Shown in pieces: positions 11,282 to 22,885 of a stretch of DNA of 64,000 bases (within the stretch, counting starts at the first letter, position 1; each line of letters begins with the position of its first letter). The notes beneath the pieces were generated by a model. The model made no database searches. It saw nothing but the letters and a program-made list of their open reading frames with translations, and was not told where the DNA came from. The translations under genes and the position numbers were made by a program. The stretch is from Scyliorhinus canicula (Eukaryota): the NCBI RefSeq assembly GCF_902713615.1, contig NC_052163.1, positions 51,198,878 through 51,262,877 of the forward strand, in the 5' to 3' direction.

Positions 11282-14200
11282 CAAGTTGAGAAGACACAGC
11301 CAGAGTGAGAAGTTGGAACTTGGTAATTTGGTGCAGTGAGGTAATCAGGAAAGGGAGAAAACCTGGAAGTATCTGAGACCCTGGGTGAGTTTTCCCAGTG
11401 AGCCAGAGAAGACACAGCCAGAGTGAGACACATCCAGAGTGGGAAGTTGGAACTTGGTAATTTGGTGCAGTGAGGTAATCAGGAAAGGGAGAGAACCAGG
11501 GAGCATGCATCTGAGACCCTGGGCGAGTTCTCCCAGTAAGCCAGAGAAGACACAGCCAGAGTGAGGCACAACCAAGAGTGAGTTTGAGAATTCGAAGCTG
11601 GGTGGGGAGGAGGTGCTTTTTAACCCTGGTAAGTGACTGGTAAGTAGTTTTTCTTTTCATTGTCTAATTTATTTATTTTTCTTTCATTTTTTGAAATTGT
11701 AGTTGTATAAGTTTACCTAAGGTTTGAGACATGGCAGGAGATCCCAGACCCGTGTCATGCTCCTTGTGTGCGATGTGGGAGCTCAGGGACACGTCCACTG
11801 TCCCTGGCTCTTTCACGTGCAAGAAGTGTATCCAGTTGCAGCTCCTGTTAGACCGCTTGACGGCTCTGGAGCAGCGGATGGACTCACTTTGGAGCATCCG
11901 CGTTGCTGAGGAGGTCGTGGATAGCACATTTAGCGAGTTGGTCACATCGCAGGTGAAAGTTACTGAGGGAGATAGAAAATGGGTCACCAAAAGACAGAGC
12001 AAGAGTAGGAAGGCAGTGCAGGTGTCCCCTGCGGTCATCTCCCTGTAAAACAGATATACCGCTTTGGATACTGTTGAGGGAGATGGCTCACCAGGGGAAG
12101 GCAGCAGCAGCCAGGTTCATGGCATCGTGGCTGGCTCTGCTGCACAGCAGGGCAGGAAGAAGAATGGCAGGGCTATAGTGATAGGGGACTCGATCGTAAG
12201 GGGAATAGACAGGCGGTTCTGTGGACGCAATCCAGACTCCAGGATGGTATGTTGCCTCCCTGGTGCAAGGGTCAAGGATGTCTCGGAGCGGCTGCAGGAC
12301 ATTCTGGGGGGGGGGGGGGGGGGGGAACAGCCAGCTTTGTGGTGCACATAGGCACCAACGATATAGGTAAAAAAACGGGATGAGGTCCTGCAAGCTGAAT
12401 TCAGGGAGATAGGAGTTAAGCTAAAAAGTAGGGCCTCAAAGGTAGTAATCTCAGGATTGCTACCAGTGCCACAAGCTAGTCAGATAGGAATGTCAGGATA
12501 GATAGGATGAATGCGTGGCTTGAGAGATGGTGCAAGAGGGAGGGATTCAAATTCCTGGGGCATTGGGACTGGTTCTGGGGGAGGTGGGACGAGTACAAAC
12601 CGGACGGTCTGCACCTAGGCAGGATTGGAACCGATGTCCTGGGGGGGGGGGGGGGGGGGGGGGGGGTGTTTGCTAGAGCCGTTGGGGAGGGTTTAAACTA
12701 ATGTGGCAGAGGGATGGGAACCGATGCAGGAAGTTGGAAGGTTGTAAAACATCGACAGAAGCAAAAGGAAGTAAGGGGGAAAGTGCAAGGCAGAGAAGAC
12801 AGAATCAAAATCCAAAAGGGCGACAGTACAAGTTACAGTGACTGAGGGGAACTCAGTGAATAGGCCCAGTAATACTAAAAGGAATAAAACTGGAGATGTT
12901 AAGATTCAAAACAGAGGTAAAAAAAACAACATAAGTGTACTTTACCTGAATGCTCGTAGTATTCGGAATAAAGTAAATGAGTTGATGGCGCAAATCATCG
13001 TGAATGACTATGATTTAGTGGCCATTACTGAAACATGGTTAAAGGATGGTCACGACTGGGAGTTAAATATCCGAGGGTATCAAACTATTCGGAAGGGAAG
13101 AGTGGATGGTAAGGGAGGTGGTGTTTCTCTGTTATTTAAGGATGACATCCGGGCAATAGTAAGGGATGACATCGATGCTATGGAGGAGAAGGTTGAATCC
13201 ATTTGGGTGGAAATCAGGAATAGTAAGGCGAAAAAGTCACTGATAGGAGTAGTCTATCGGCCACCAAGTAGTAACGTTATGGTGGGCCAGGCAATAAACA
13301 AAGAAATAACTGATGCATGTAAAAATGGTACAGCAGTTATCATGGGGGATTTTAATCTACATGTCGATTGGTTTAACTAGGTCGGTCAAGGCAACCTTGA
13401 GGAGGAGTTTATAGAATGTATCCGAGATAGTTTCCAAGAACAGTATGTAATGGAACCTACGAGGGAACAAGCGGTCCTAGATCTTGTCCTGTGTAATGAG
13501 ACAGGATTGATTCATGATCTCAGTTAGGGATACTCTCGGAAGGAGCGATCACAATATGGTGGAATTTAAAATACAGATGGAGGGTGAGAAAGTAAAATCA
13601 AATACTAGTGTTTTGTGTTTAAACAAAGGAGATTACAAGGGGATGAGAGAAGAACTAGCTAAGGTAGGCTGGGAGCAAAGACTTTATGGTGGAACAGTTG
13701 AGGAACAGTGGAGAACCTTCCAAGCGATTTTTCACAGTGCTCAGCAAAGGTTTATACCAACAAAAAGGAAGGACGGTAGAAAGAGGGAAAATCGATCCTG
13801 GATATCTAAGGAAATAAGGGAGAGTATCAAATTGTTAAGGAAAAAGCATATAAAGTGGCAAAGACTGGTGGGAGACTAGAGGACTGGGAAATCTTTAGAG
13901 GGCAACAGAAAGCTACTAAAAAAGCTATAAAGAAGAGTAAGATAGAGTATGAGAGTAAACTTGTTCAGAATATAAAAACAGACAGTAAATGTTTCTACAA
14001 ATATATAAAACAAAAAAGAGTGGCTAAGGTAAATATTGGTCCTTTAGAGGATGAGAAGGGAGTTTTAATAATGGGAAATGAGGAAATGGCTGAGGAACTA
14101 AACAGGTTTTTTGGATCAGTCTTCACATTGGAAGACACAAATAACATGCCAGTGACTGATAGAAATGAGGCTATGACAGGTGAGGACCTTGAGAGGATTG

Positions 14201-15835
14201 TTATCACGAAGGAGGTAGTGATGGGCAAGCTAATGGGGCTAAAGGTAGACAAATCTCCTGGCCCTGATGGAATGCATCCCAGAGTGCTAAAAGAGATGGC
14301 TAGGGAAATTGCAGATGCACTAGTGATGATTTACCAAAATTCACTAGACTCTGGGGTGGTCCCGGTGGATTGGAAATTAGCAAACTTGACACCACTGTTT
14401 AAAAAAGGAGGTAGGCAGAGAATGGGACATTATAGGCCAGTGAGCTTAACTTCGGTAGTAGGGAAGATGCTGGAATCTATCATCAAGGAAGAAATAGCGA
14501 GGCATCTGGATAGAAATTGTCCCATTGGGCAGACGCAGCATGGGTTCGTAAAGGGCAGGTCGTGCCTAACTAATTTAGTGGAATTTTTTGAGGACATTAC
14601 CAGTGCAGTAGATAACGGGGAGCCAATGGATGTGGTATATCTGGATTTCCAGAAAGCCTTTGACAAGGTGTCACAGAAAATGTTGCTGCATAAGATAAAG
14701 ATGCATGGCATTAAGGGTAAAGTAGTAACACGGATAGAGGATTGGTTAATTAATAGAAAGCAAAGAGTGGAAATTAATGGGTGTGTCTCTGGTTGGCAAT
14801 CAGTAGCTAGTGGTGTCCCTCAGGGATCCGTGTTGGGCCCACAATTGTTCACAATTTACATAGATGATTTGGAGTTGGGGACCAAGGGCAATATGTCCAA
14901 GTTTGCAGATGACACTAAGATGAATGGTAAAGCAAAACGTGCAGAGGATACTGGAAGTCTGCAGAGGGATTTGGATAGGTTAAGTGAATGGGCTAGGGTC
15001 TGGCAGATGGAATACAACGTTGACAAATGTGAGGTTATCCATTTTGGTAGGAATAACAGCAAACAGGATTATTATTTAAATGATAAAATATTAAAGCATG
15101 CTGCTGTGCACAGAGACCTGGGTGTGCTAGTGCATGAGTCACAGAAAGTTGGTTTACAGGTGCAAGAGGTGATTAAGAAGGCAAATGGAATTTTGTCCTT
15201 CATTGCTAGAGAGATGGAGTTTAAGACTAAGGAGGTTATGCTGCCATTGTATAAGGTGTTAGTGAGGCCACACCTGGAGTATTGTGTTCAGTTTTCGTCT
15301 CCTTACTTGAGAAAGGACATACTGGCACTGGAGGGTGTGCCGAGGAGATTCACTAGGTTAATCCCAGAGCTGAAGGGGTTGGATTACGAGGAGAAGTTGG
15401 GTAGACTGGGACTGTACTCATTGGAATTTAGAAGGATGAGGGTGGATCTTATAGAAGCATATAAAATTATGAAGGGAATAGATAGGATAGATGCGGGCAG
15501 GTTGTTTCCACTGGCGGGTGAAAGCAGACCTAGGGGGCATAGCCTCAAAATAAGGGGAAGTAGATTTAAGACTGAGTTTAGGAGAAACCTCTTCACCCAA
15601 AGGGTTGTGAATCTATGGAATTCCTTGCCCAGTGAAGCAGTTGAGGCTCCTTCATTAAATGTTTTTAAGGTAAAGATAGATAGTTTTTTGAAGAATAAAG
15701 GGATTAAGGGTTATGGTGTTCGGGCCGGAAAGTGGAGCTGAATCCACAAAAGATCAGCTGTGATCTCATTGAATGGTGGAGCAGGCTCGAGGGGCCAGAT
15801 GGCCTACTCCTGCTCCTTGTTCTTGTGTTCTTGTG
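11282..15835 (+). mobile_element. Essentially full-length CR1 LINE (second family): repeated 5' UTR, ORF1 11731-12701 and ORF2 about 12838-15741, inactivated by a few stops and frameshifts
   Basis: ORF1 motifs: CSLC..CKKC, GDS, HIGTND, DGLHL; premature TAA at 12046. ORF2 motifs: YLNARS, ITETWL, GDFN, SDH; TAG at 13378; then a 628-aa open RT segment with GVPQGS and FADD. Tail is (TTCTTGTG)n. Confidence 0.97.
11288..11565 (+). repeat. Tandem ~120-140 bp monomers in the CR1 5' UTR
   Basis: gagaagacacagccagagtgag occurs at 11288, 11406 and 11544, with the intervening sequence duplicated. Confidence 0.9.
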
Positions 15836-16096
15836 TCCTGCCCTTGTGAGGGTGGCTCGGGGACCTCCTAATTGGTAAATTGGGGAACACCCCGCTAAAC
15901 GCGCCCACAACGGGACTCTTTTTTTCCATTACATTGTGCCCGCCATCACAGGAGATGAGGAGTGCAAGTTTGGAAAGGCATTAAAAAGGCACAAAAGCAA
16001 GGAATGATCAGGTGAAGGGATTCATCACTTTCTGCAAGCTTATTACAGAAACTACAGATAAACCCTGAGCCAGTCTTTTGCATTTACGCCAAAGCT

Positions 16097-16102
16097 TTTA
16101 TT
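16097..16102 (-). terminator. Candidate distal polyadenylation signal (AATAAA)
   Basis: Second TTTATT on the + strand, about 560 nt downstream of the stop codon. Confidence 0.35.
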
Positions 16103-16396
16103 CTGGCCATACATGCGGAGCGTTATCAAACCTTTGGTGTGCAGCCTCTTCAATTAAAGATTCATATGTGCTTTATTCACAGAAACTCCGCAAGTTGTGA
16201 AGGTGGAACAGTCAACAGTTCCACCATCAAGCTTTATAATCTTCCAGGAAGCTTTATGTTCACACTTAACAAAAGACAGTGCCAACATACTGTGTTGTAT
16301 TTACTCATTAATTTCACAGTGTAAAATCAACTGGGAGAAAAATCCAAATGTGCATCATGTAACAGCACCATATTAACAGAGGATTGGAAAAAGCTC

Positions 16397-16402
16397 TTTA
16401 TT
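16397..16402 (-). terminator. Candidate proximal polyadenylation signal (AATAAA) of the dynein gene
   Basis: TTTATT on the + strand, about 260 nt downstream of the stop codon. Confidence 0.55.
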
Positions 16403-16660
16403 AAAGAAAAAGGGACATTTAAATGACCCATGACAAGACACGCCCTCAAATTATATTTGCATGTAATTCAAATTGAGAAATCGCAAATAAAGTGCAAATT
16501 TGTTCCAAATACTCACAGAACCCATCCCTGTGAAGTCATTTTTTACATTGCTAAAAAAAAATCTATTTATCTTCACACTCAAGTGAGAGAACTAAATTAG
16601 AGTGACATTAATCAGCAGTCTTTCCTGCCAGTGTAGTGAGAAATGTGAAAACTCTGCTAC

Positions 16661-16888
16661 TTAAATTTGCAGAAGGAGTGAAACTCCAGCCAGCACCCAT
16701 TTGGATGGTTTTTCCTTGGTCTTCAGATTGAATGTCCAGACATAGGTTGGGCCTCGGAGACGTGTTTTGTAAACCGGGCAGGAATACATATTGCGCGTTT
16801 CCTGCTTGTCGACCGGAATAGCCTTGATGAAAATGACTGGCATTGTCGGGGTCAGTTCCTTCAAACGAGCATCAGCAATAATTCCACC
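16661..16888 (-). CDS. DNAH9: Axonemal dynein heavy chain (DNAH9-like), last coding exon with TAA stop
   Basis: Acceptor ttttcacag|GGTGGAATT; 228 nt. Encodes [25 protein letters not shown]...[41 protein letters not shown]. The terminal [14 protein letters not shown] resembles DNAH9 more than DNAH17 or DNAH11 (comparison from memory). Confidence 0.93.
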   Translation of the reverse strand, partial: GGIIADARLKELTPTMPVIFIKAIPVDKQETRNMYSCPVYKTRLRGPTYVWTFNLKTKEKPSKWVLAGVSLLLQI

Positions 16889-17552
16889 CTGTGAAAAATA
16901 AAAGAGACTATTAAAAATATGCAGATCAAACCTGTCACGTTAAATGGTTTTGACAGCTGTATTTTCTGGCAAATAGGCACAACAAAGGGTGGTTTTTTGC
17001 ATCCCCTCCCCCCTCGCCCCCCCTCGTGTGATTCTGGGTGAGATTTTCCAACTCTTTTGGTAAACACTTCCAGTCCTACTGCTCTCAATGGGGTTTCTCA
17101 CTGTTTGCACCCCGCGGCAAGGAGTCACCATTGGCAGGACAGAAAGATCACGCCAGTAGGAATGGTTGTAAAATCCTGTCCAGAATTTATTTGCCTGCTT
17201 GATAAGCTCTGTCCTTTGAGCAGCACACACTGTAATTACCTCATTAGAACACACCTTAATAATTGTTTACATTAAACCAGTGACTACATTTTGAAGAAAT
17301 CAACTGGCTGTGAAGAAATGAGGAACATTCTGAGATTAGGAAAGGCGCTATATAAATGCAAGTTGTTTGTTTCATGTGATAACATTGACAGAATAAGTGC
17401 TTTGTCTCTTCGATAGGCGCAATCCCAACTGGGTATAGTCCCTCCAGTGTTAACTTCGTACCAGTATTTCTACCAGGCAGCAATTCAGCACCTGAAAGCC
17501 ATGTTCATGATCTTGAGAGATAAAACTAGCCAATTCTGTCCCATTCTAGGCA

Positions 17553-17872
17553 AGGTCGGCACAGTGGTTAGCACTGCTGTCTCACAGCGCCAGGGACCCA
17601 GGTTCACTTCTGACCTCGGGTGAGTGTCTGGGTGGAGCTTGCACGTTCTCCCCTTGTCTGCGTAGGTTTCCTCTGGTTGCGCTGGTTTTCGGCCACAGTC
17701 CAAACATGCGCAGGTTAGATGGATTAGCCATGCTAAATTGTCCCATAGTGTCCAACAGTTAGTTGGGGTTATGGGGATGGGACAGAGGAGTAGGGTGCTC
17801 TTTCGGAAGGTCCGTACAGACTCAATGGGCCTAATGGCCTCCTTCTGCACTGTAGGAATTCTATGATTCTAT
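17553..17872 (+). mobile_element. HE1-like tRNA-derived SINE with CR1-type tail
   Basis: Head ggcacagtggttagcactgctg and tail atggcctccttctgcactgtagg. Confidence 0.85.
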
Positions 17873-18590
17873 GAAGGGCAGCGATATCCCTTATAAAACA
17901 CTGGCCAGTATAAAATATTAGTGTGAGAATTGCTCCCAATTCTGGACATGAAGTGAAAGGATTTTATGTGGAGAGACTAGATCAACCGGGACCATTGTGC
18001 TTCGAGCAGAACCGTGCGGATTCTGCACATTCTTCCCGTGTCTGTGTAGGTTTCCTCCAGGTGCTCCGGTTTACTCCCATAAGCCCTGAAAGACGTGCTT
18101 GTTAGGTGAATTGAACATTCTGAATTCTCCCTCTGTATACCCCAACAGGTGCCGGAGTGTGGTGACTAGGGCCTTTTCACAGTAACTTCATTGCAGTGTT
18201 AATGTAAGCCTATTTGTGACAATAATAAAGATTATTATTATTATTAAGTGTAGGGATGATTTGTCAGGGGAATTCAAAATCATGAAGGACTTTCACGTAG
18301 AAATTGTGGAGAAACTGTTTCTCTTAGAAGGAGGATAGTTCAGCAGAAGACAAAGACGTAAGATAGTTTGCAAAAGAACCAGATGTGCGATGAGGAAAAT
18401 TATTCAGCAGCTTGTTGTAATCTGGAATACACTGAAGGGGACAGATTCAATAATAATTTTCAGCAGGAATTGGACAAATCTTGCAGGGCCACAGGGAAAG
18501 GGTTAATTGGATAGCTCGTTCAAAGAACGGCACAGGCATGATGGGCTGAATGGACCTCCTTCTGCGCTGTATCATTCGATCAATCTATGA
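17873..18590 (+). mobile_element. Degenerate CR1 3' fragment containing a SINE (18015-18245, (TTA)n tail)
   Basis: YKTLA..-like and CR1 tail motifs flank a SINE body related to 39875-40165 and 60655-60962. Confidence 0.7.
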
Positions 18591-18635
18591 TCACTAGTTG
18601 GAGTCAATAGCAGTCAACAAAATTCATTTCACTTG

Positions 18636-18830
18636 CCAGTGCATTTATCCCTCAATCAACATCACAACACCGGAAGACCTGGCCATTATCACGCTGCTGT
18701 TTGTAGCTGTCGGTTGTGTGAAAAGAGGCTGCTGTGTTTCCTACATTGCAACAGTGACTACACTTACATAAGTATTTCATTGGCATTTGGAGGTGATAAA
18801 AGGCATATCTTTCATTTTTCTTTTCATGTA
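18636..18830 (+). mobile_element. DeuSINE/SacSINE1-like 3' remnant (related fragments at 17268-17365 and 56530-56720)
   Basis: atttatccctcaa...gctgtttgt...cctacattgcaacagtgactacact. The 56530 copy has ggatgta..atccatggcactatt, typical of the Deu domain as I recall it. Confidence 0.6.
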
Positions 18831-19327
18831 CATAACTTGCCATCATTCAGTTGTGAGAGCTGAGTTGGGACCAAAGCTGATGGCTCTGGCCAACACATTT
18901 TAATTGTGCATGTTTCTTAGTACTTAATGGAATTTGAGAATTGGCAGTGTGCACAGCAATGTCAATGTTGGAAATAAGCATGGCGGGCTACCGAGAGCAT
19001 AGTACTTTCCTGATCTCACAGTTGCATGATTAAATTCTGCTGTAAATATGACAATGAACCCATCCTTTGTCTTTGGAAAAACATGAAGGGCAAGTTCTAC
19101 CAAAGTGCATTTTACTTGACGATTCCATTGATCAGGACAATATCACATTGAGGGACATTACATCTCCCTCCCTTGACTTCTCTGTCTCTAGAAGAGACAT
19201 TCTTAATTATTCTTAATTATTCTTAATTAAAAGCCCACTGTCTCCCACAATTCCGTCAACTACACTTACTCACAACCTGCTTTCTTAAGGACTCCATTCC
19301 ATTCTCCAAGTTTCTCAGTCATCACTG

Positions 19328-19718
19328 AACATGGAACATAGAACAGTACAGCACAGAACAGGCCCTTCGGCCCTCAATGTTGTGCCGAGCCATGATCACC
19401 CTACTCAAACCCACGTATCCACCCTATACCCGTAACCCAACAACCCCCCCTTAACCTTACTTTTTTTATTAGGACACTACGGGCAATTTAGCATGGCCAA
19501 TCCACCTAACCCGCACATCTTTGGACTGTGGGAGGAAACCGGAGCACCCGGAGGAAACCCACGCACACAGGGGGAGGACGTGCAGACTCCACACAGACAG
19601 TGACCCAGCCGGGAATCGAACCTGGGACCCTGGAGCTGTGAAGCATGTATGCTAACCACCATGCTACCCTGCTGCCCCCCATGCTACCCTGCTGCCCCCC
19701 ATGCTACCCTGCTGCCCC
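19328..19718 (-). mobile_element. Young HE1-like SINE with a triplicated 20-bp 5' end
   Basis: Nearly identical to 48651-49004. atgctaccctgctgcccccc occurs about three times at 19661-19718. Confidence 0.9.
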
Positions 19719-19754
19719 ATCTGGTTTGATGATGCTACCTTCCACGATGCCACT

Positions 19755-20510
19755 TAGAACATAGAACATAGAAAAATACAGCAGAGAACAGGCCCTTCGG
19801 CCCGCGATGTTGTGCCGAACTTTGTCCTAGATTAAGAACAAATTAATCTACACCCCATCATTCTACAGTAATCCATGTACCTATCCAAAAGCCGCTTAAA
19901 GGTCCCTAATTTTTCCGACTCAACTACTTCCACAGGCAGTGCATTCCATGCCCCCACTACTCTCTGGGTAAAGAACCTACCTCTGACATCTCCCCTATAT
20001 CTTCCACCATTCACCTTAAATTTATGTCCCCTTGTAATGGTTTGTTCCACCCGGGGAAAAAGTCTCTGACTGTCTACTTGATCTATTTCCCTGATCATCT
20101 TATAAACCTCTATCAAGTCGCCCCTCATCCTTCTCCGTTCTAATGAGAAAAGGCCTAGCACCCTCAACCTTTCCTCGTAAGACCTACTCTCCATTCCAGG
20201 CAACATCCTGGTAAATCTCCTTTGCACCTTTTCCAAAGCTTCCATATCCTTCCTAAAATGAGGTGACCAGAACTGCACACAGTACTCCAAATGTGGCCTT
20301 ACCAAGGTTTTGTACAGCTGCATCATCACCTCACGGCTCTTAAATTCAATCCCTCTGCTAATGAACGCTAGCACACCATAGGCCTTCTTCACAACTCTAT
20401 CCACTTGAATGGCAACTTTCAAAGATCTATGAACATAGACCCCAAGTTCTCTCTGTTCCTCCACATTGCCAAGAACCCTACCGTTAACCCTGTATTCCGC
20501 ATTCATATTT
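19755..20510 (-). mobile_element. Young 5'-truncated CR1 with an open RT C-terminus
   Basis: Uninterrupted frame NMNAEYRVNG...LVRPHLEYCVQFWSP...WNALP, followed by a (TGTTCTA)n tail. Confidence 0.93.
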
Positions 20511-21557
20511 CCGCTTCTGACATGACTTTCTTTTCCTTTCTCTTGAACCAAGGATTCCCCCCCACTGTGGTTCACAGGGCCCTCAACCTTGTCCGGTCCA
20601 TTTGCCGCACTTGTTCTCTCACCCCTTCCCCTCCCTCCCAGAACCAAGATAGGATTCCCTTGTCTTCACTTTCAACTCCACCAGCCTCCATTCAAAGGGT
20701 CATTCTTTGACATTTCTGCCACCTCCACCCCAATACCACCACCAAACATTTCTTCCCCTCCCTCCCCTGTCAGCATTCCGAAGGGACCATTTCCTCCACT
20801 GTATCTTGTTTTTGCTTTCAAGCAGAGCTGACCTTTATTCTGCTATTACCATGAACTCTGGAACATTTTTTTGTTTCTTTACCACTCCCATTCCCACTCC
20901 GTTTGTTCCATTTCATCTTTTCTATTTAATCTCCCCACCCTCTTACCATCCCTGTCCTTTTCTTCCTTTTAACACCTCTCCCCTATTCTTCAACAATATG
21001 AAACCCATCACATTTCTGCCCCTCTTCAGATCTGAAGAAGTAATATTGGACTTGAAATGTTAACTCTGTTTGTCTCTCCACAGATGCTGCCAGGCCTGCT
21101 GAGAATTTCCAACATTTAATGTTTTTATTGTGTTGAGGGAAACATTTCATGCTGTCTTGCCAATAATTCTAAATTAGTGCATCTTCTGTCAAACAGTAGG
21201 TTACTGTAAAGCAAACGGAATAAGTCACATTATACAAAGGTCCTACCAGATTTTCCAGATGGTTTGATAAAGATCTGTCTTGGCAAGTCACACCCATTAG
21301 TTTACAGTCAAGATACTCAATCTGATCTTCCTGGTTATCCTGAGGATAGAAATCAGGAATGGCCCGTGCAGGTTTGGAATGTTCTTTGACTATGGTGATG
21401 TTCAATCTTGATGTGGTCGTGTTAACAAAGAACTTTTGACTTTCTTTTACAACAAAACTATTTATTACTAACACTATGTTAAAGGATTACTACAATATCT
21501 AAGATTAATACAGTTGTAAATAATGGTCTAACAACTTACACTAAGATACTACAGAGC

Positions 21558-22115
21558 TGCCCCAGAGTGGTTTGCGCCCCGCCGGCTGGCGGGAAAGGGG
21601 CTTGGCGCCACGCCAACTGGCGCCGAAGGGCCTCTGCCGGCCGGCGTGAGTTGGCGCATGTGCGGGAGCGCCAGCACGTGCTGGCGTCATCCCCGTGCAT
21701 GCGCAGAGGGCTTCACCTCTGCACCGGGAATGGCGGACCGATACAGCCTCCGGTGCGGAAGTATAGAGTGCCCCATGGGACAGGCCCACCCGCGGATCGA
21801 TGGGTTCCAATTGCAGGCCAGGCCACCATGGGGGCACCTCCCAGGGCCAGATCCTCCCCAAGAATCCCGGAGGCCGCCCGTGCTGCCAGGTCCCGCTGGT
21901 AAGGGACTTACTCCAATTTACGCCGGCGGGACTGGCAAAAGACGTGCGGGACTTTGGCCCATCGTGGACTGGTGAATTCGGGCAGCCCTGGGGCCCATTG
22001 AGTTGCGCCGGACCGATTTTTGGGGGCCTGGAGAATTTGGAGGATGGCAGGGTGGGATTCACGCCAACCCCCGTCGATTCTCCAACCCGGCGGGGGGGTC
22101 GGAGAATCCTGCCCC
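21558..22115. mobile_element. GC-rich MITE-like element (left end missing)
   Basis: Homologous to 29367-30051; ends ggagaatcctgcccc. Confidence 0.8.
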
Positions 22116-22555
22116 TTGTCCTTGAACACATGGTGCGTCCAGGTCTCATTCCCACATACTCGCACCACCTGCTGGTTGGATGCTAGAACTACAACATTAA
22201 ACATATAACTGAGAATACAGATGATGATAATCTACTCATACTATATACAGATTATAGTCTATCCATCATCGCAAAGTTTCCCTCATTTTGTGCAAAGTGG
22301 CTGCTTTCAGCTATGGTAGCTCCAGGGGCACAGGAAATTAATGATTCCCCGCGATATGTGCGGTTGCTGTTAACTCTTGGACAGGTAGTAAGTGATGAGT
22401 ACCACCATATCTATTCCTGAGCTTGTGTCGGAACAGCTTTCTCAGCTTGGGAAATATCTCAGAACATGTATCCTTTAATTTATAGTCCACATTTTATGGG
22501 AATGATTGTGATGATGCCCTTCCATCCAATGTATTCTGTGCAGCCAGGATAATGG

Positions 22556-22885
22556 CTACAATGAGGCTCATGCTGTGAACTGTACTGATTTTGAGCGGTA
22601 CATCAGGCTGTTTAAAAAGCAGTTGATTGTTCTGGTGGTGCATTACAGTATAGCCCCAGAGGGCCTGTCATTTTGTGTGATCTCCTGTGCCCTCCACAAC
22701 CTGACAACAGCATGGCTGCATGTTGGGTGAGGTGTAGGAGGAACACGTGCCTTGTCTGAGGAGGAGGATGAGGAGGGGGTGGGGATGAGCACACGGAGGA
22801 CCCAGGAGGATGGAGAACAGGTGGTGGCCTGGATCCAACTTGCCAGGTGGACCAGAGAGAACCTCATAGCCTCCTTCACATGACA
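22556..22885 (+). pseudogene. PIF/Harbinger transposase C-terminal remnant
   Basis: Degenerate YNEAHA..ER.I.L.K..SGGALQYSP..CALHNL followed by an acidic tract, matching the end of HARBI1-like DDE transposases. Confidence 0.75.

Larger units (their letters stand above)
19110..21130 (+). mobile_element. Degenerate Penelope-like element interrupted by a SINE and a CR1
   Basis: KDSIPFSxF motif at about 19290, FLNxGFPPTVVxRAL at about 20540, a pyrimidine-rich region, and the ctccacagatgctgcc..cctgctgag end shared with 34260-34300. Confidence 0.7.

Noticed and set aside
10815-11660. 281-aa minus-strand ORF with an internal repeat
   Set aside because: Antisense read-through of the CR1 5' UTR monomers into the GC-rich host element, crossing the insertion junction.
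13855-15741. Active autonomous CR1
   Set aside because: The RT segment is open, but ORF1 and the endonuclease region carry stops (12046, 13378) and frameshifts.
19832-20647. 271-aa ORF as a functional gene
   Set aside because: Chance fusion of antisense Penelope sequence to the open 3' end of a 5'-truncated CR1; it lacks the RT catalytic core.
21380-22195. Solo LTR split by the MITE
   Set aside because: TG...CA ends can be chosen but there is no matching target duplication, so I left it uncalled.
21541-22208. Stacked overlapping ORFs here and at 29270-30116, 35560-36200 and 38853-39419
   Set aside because: These arise from stop-poor GC-rich MITE sequence and have no protein motifs.
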